Positions 62,892-64,000 of a stretch of DNA of 64,000 bases are shown here, in pieces. The notes below the pieces were generated by a model. That model was not told the origin of the DNA, did not search any database, and saw nothing but the letters and a program-made list of their open reading frames with translations. Location of the stretch: positions 267,428 to 331,427 of the forward strand of contig NW_003314399.1 in the NCBI RefSeq assembly GCF_000143415.4. The letters are read 5' to 3'. A program made the position numbers and the translations under genes. Position 1 is the first letter of the stretch. Each line of letters starts with the position of its first letter. This DNA comes from Selaginella moellendorffii (Eukaryota > Plantae > Lycopodiophyta).

Positions 62892-64000
62892 GGTCGGCTT
62901 GAAACAGAGCGAAATGCCAAACCAACACTCCTTTTTTTCTTATAATTTTTATAACCATTTTGGTATCCACTACATACTATTTAAATTATAGCCTTTCCAT
63001 TCTCCAATTAAACTTCTAGCATATAAAGTATTGTCAAAAAAAGTAAAATTATTATGAATTTTGGGCAAAATATTGGGGGAGATGATGTTCAATTCCTGGA
63101 GAAGTATGATCCTCATCACTGCCAGTCCTCAAAAGCTGGTGGAATGAAAGGCTGTTGTGAGGATACTCTTAGAAATGGTTGTAAGGATTTTTCTTGGCAT
63201 TACTGAATAATGGATTGGTTTTGGGAGCCAAGAAAGTATTGAGACAAAAATGAATTTTGAACTTTCTAGAGGATGCAAAAAGCTTGGGTTATGCTGATTA
63301 TTTAATGCATTAAATTTTATTTCTACTTTTATTTATTAAAAAGGAAGAATAATGTTTGAAGGAGATTAAGTGGATTTATAGTTGATTTTGTCATCTTTTA
63401 TTAGTTAAGCTGCTATGAACCAATTTCAAGGTCGGCAGGCCTGTTAAAAAGAAAAGAGAACTCTTCCGAGGGCTCCTATCTCTAGATTTGTCGGCATTAC
63501 CACCCACTTCCTTGTCCCAATTTGAGAATATTAACTGGATTCCCTTTCGATGGGTAGCAAGCTCAACAACTTTACAATAGACTAGATATGTCAAAAAGAG
63601 GGTTAGTATTTGCTAGTTTTTAACCTTGAGTTAGCTCTAAAGGAACAATGATCCTAAAAGATGGGGAAGTCCTGTGTGAAGGGCATAATGTGTGCTTACC
63701 TACGATCAGCTCATTGCCTGGGTTGCTGTGTCGGCCAAGCCAGCATCGCTACACTCAGTGAGGATGAAGTGAAAGCAATCACGTCCGGTTTTAAGACTTC
63801 CAGAACAAAGCCGCAGGTGACCATAACTCGGCAGTCCTTCGCAATACTACATGCTCAGCACCAGTGATACTCTCGCTTTGAGTTGGCCACGGACGCAATG
63901 ACTTCGTCTCTATATCTGGAGATAGTCAAGTGAATTACCTTCCCAATTGCCAGAGCTGCCCAAGCCTTCAGTTCTGCCACGAAAGTTTATCAGCATCCGC

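Overview
Compact eukaryotic plant nuclear DNA. The ~50-60 nt GT-AG introns, head-to-head genes ~100 bp apart, intronless PLS-class PPR genes, a HIP-type aquaporin and flagellar genes suggest a seed-free vascular plant such as Selaginella (inference). Two gene-dense GC-richer blocks (1-8 kb and 19.5-43 kb) encode pyroglutamyl peptidase I, two tandem SDRs, a COG0212 5-FCL-like protein, HIP aquaporin, two PPRs, LFG/BI1-like, KEA-type K+/H+ antiporter, dynein light chain roadblock, a coiled-coil protein with a collagen-like insert, MetAP2, a half-size ABCG, a Trp/Tyr permease, a nuclear group II intron maturase and a divergent, frameshifted RRP4. They alternate sharply with AT-rich, CpG-poor blocks (8-19 kb and 43-64 kb). 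These blocks hold a near-complete short-LTR Ty3/gypsy element inserted in a (TA)n tract, with a tRNA-Ala-type PBS and a GGGAAAC slippery site plus pseudoknot. They also hold older retroelement remnants and a mosaic of duplicated gene fragments (PPR/DYW, NHL, ERECTA-like kinase, 14-3-3, beta-tubulin). The most striking pattern is that repeated DNA keeps its reading frames but is eroded almost only by C>T/G>A changes, including non-CG contexts, which looks RIP-like. Exon boundaries were read by eye and are approximate.
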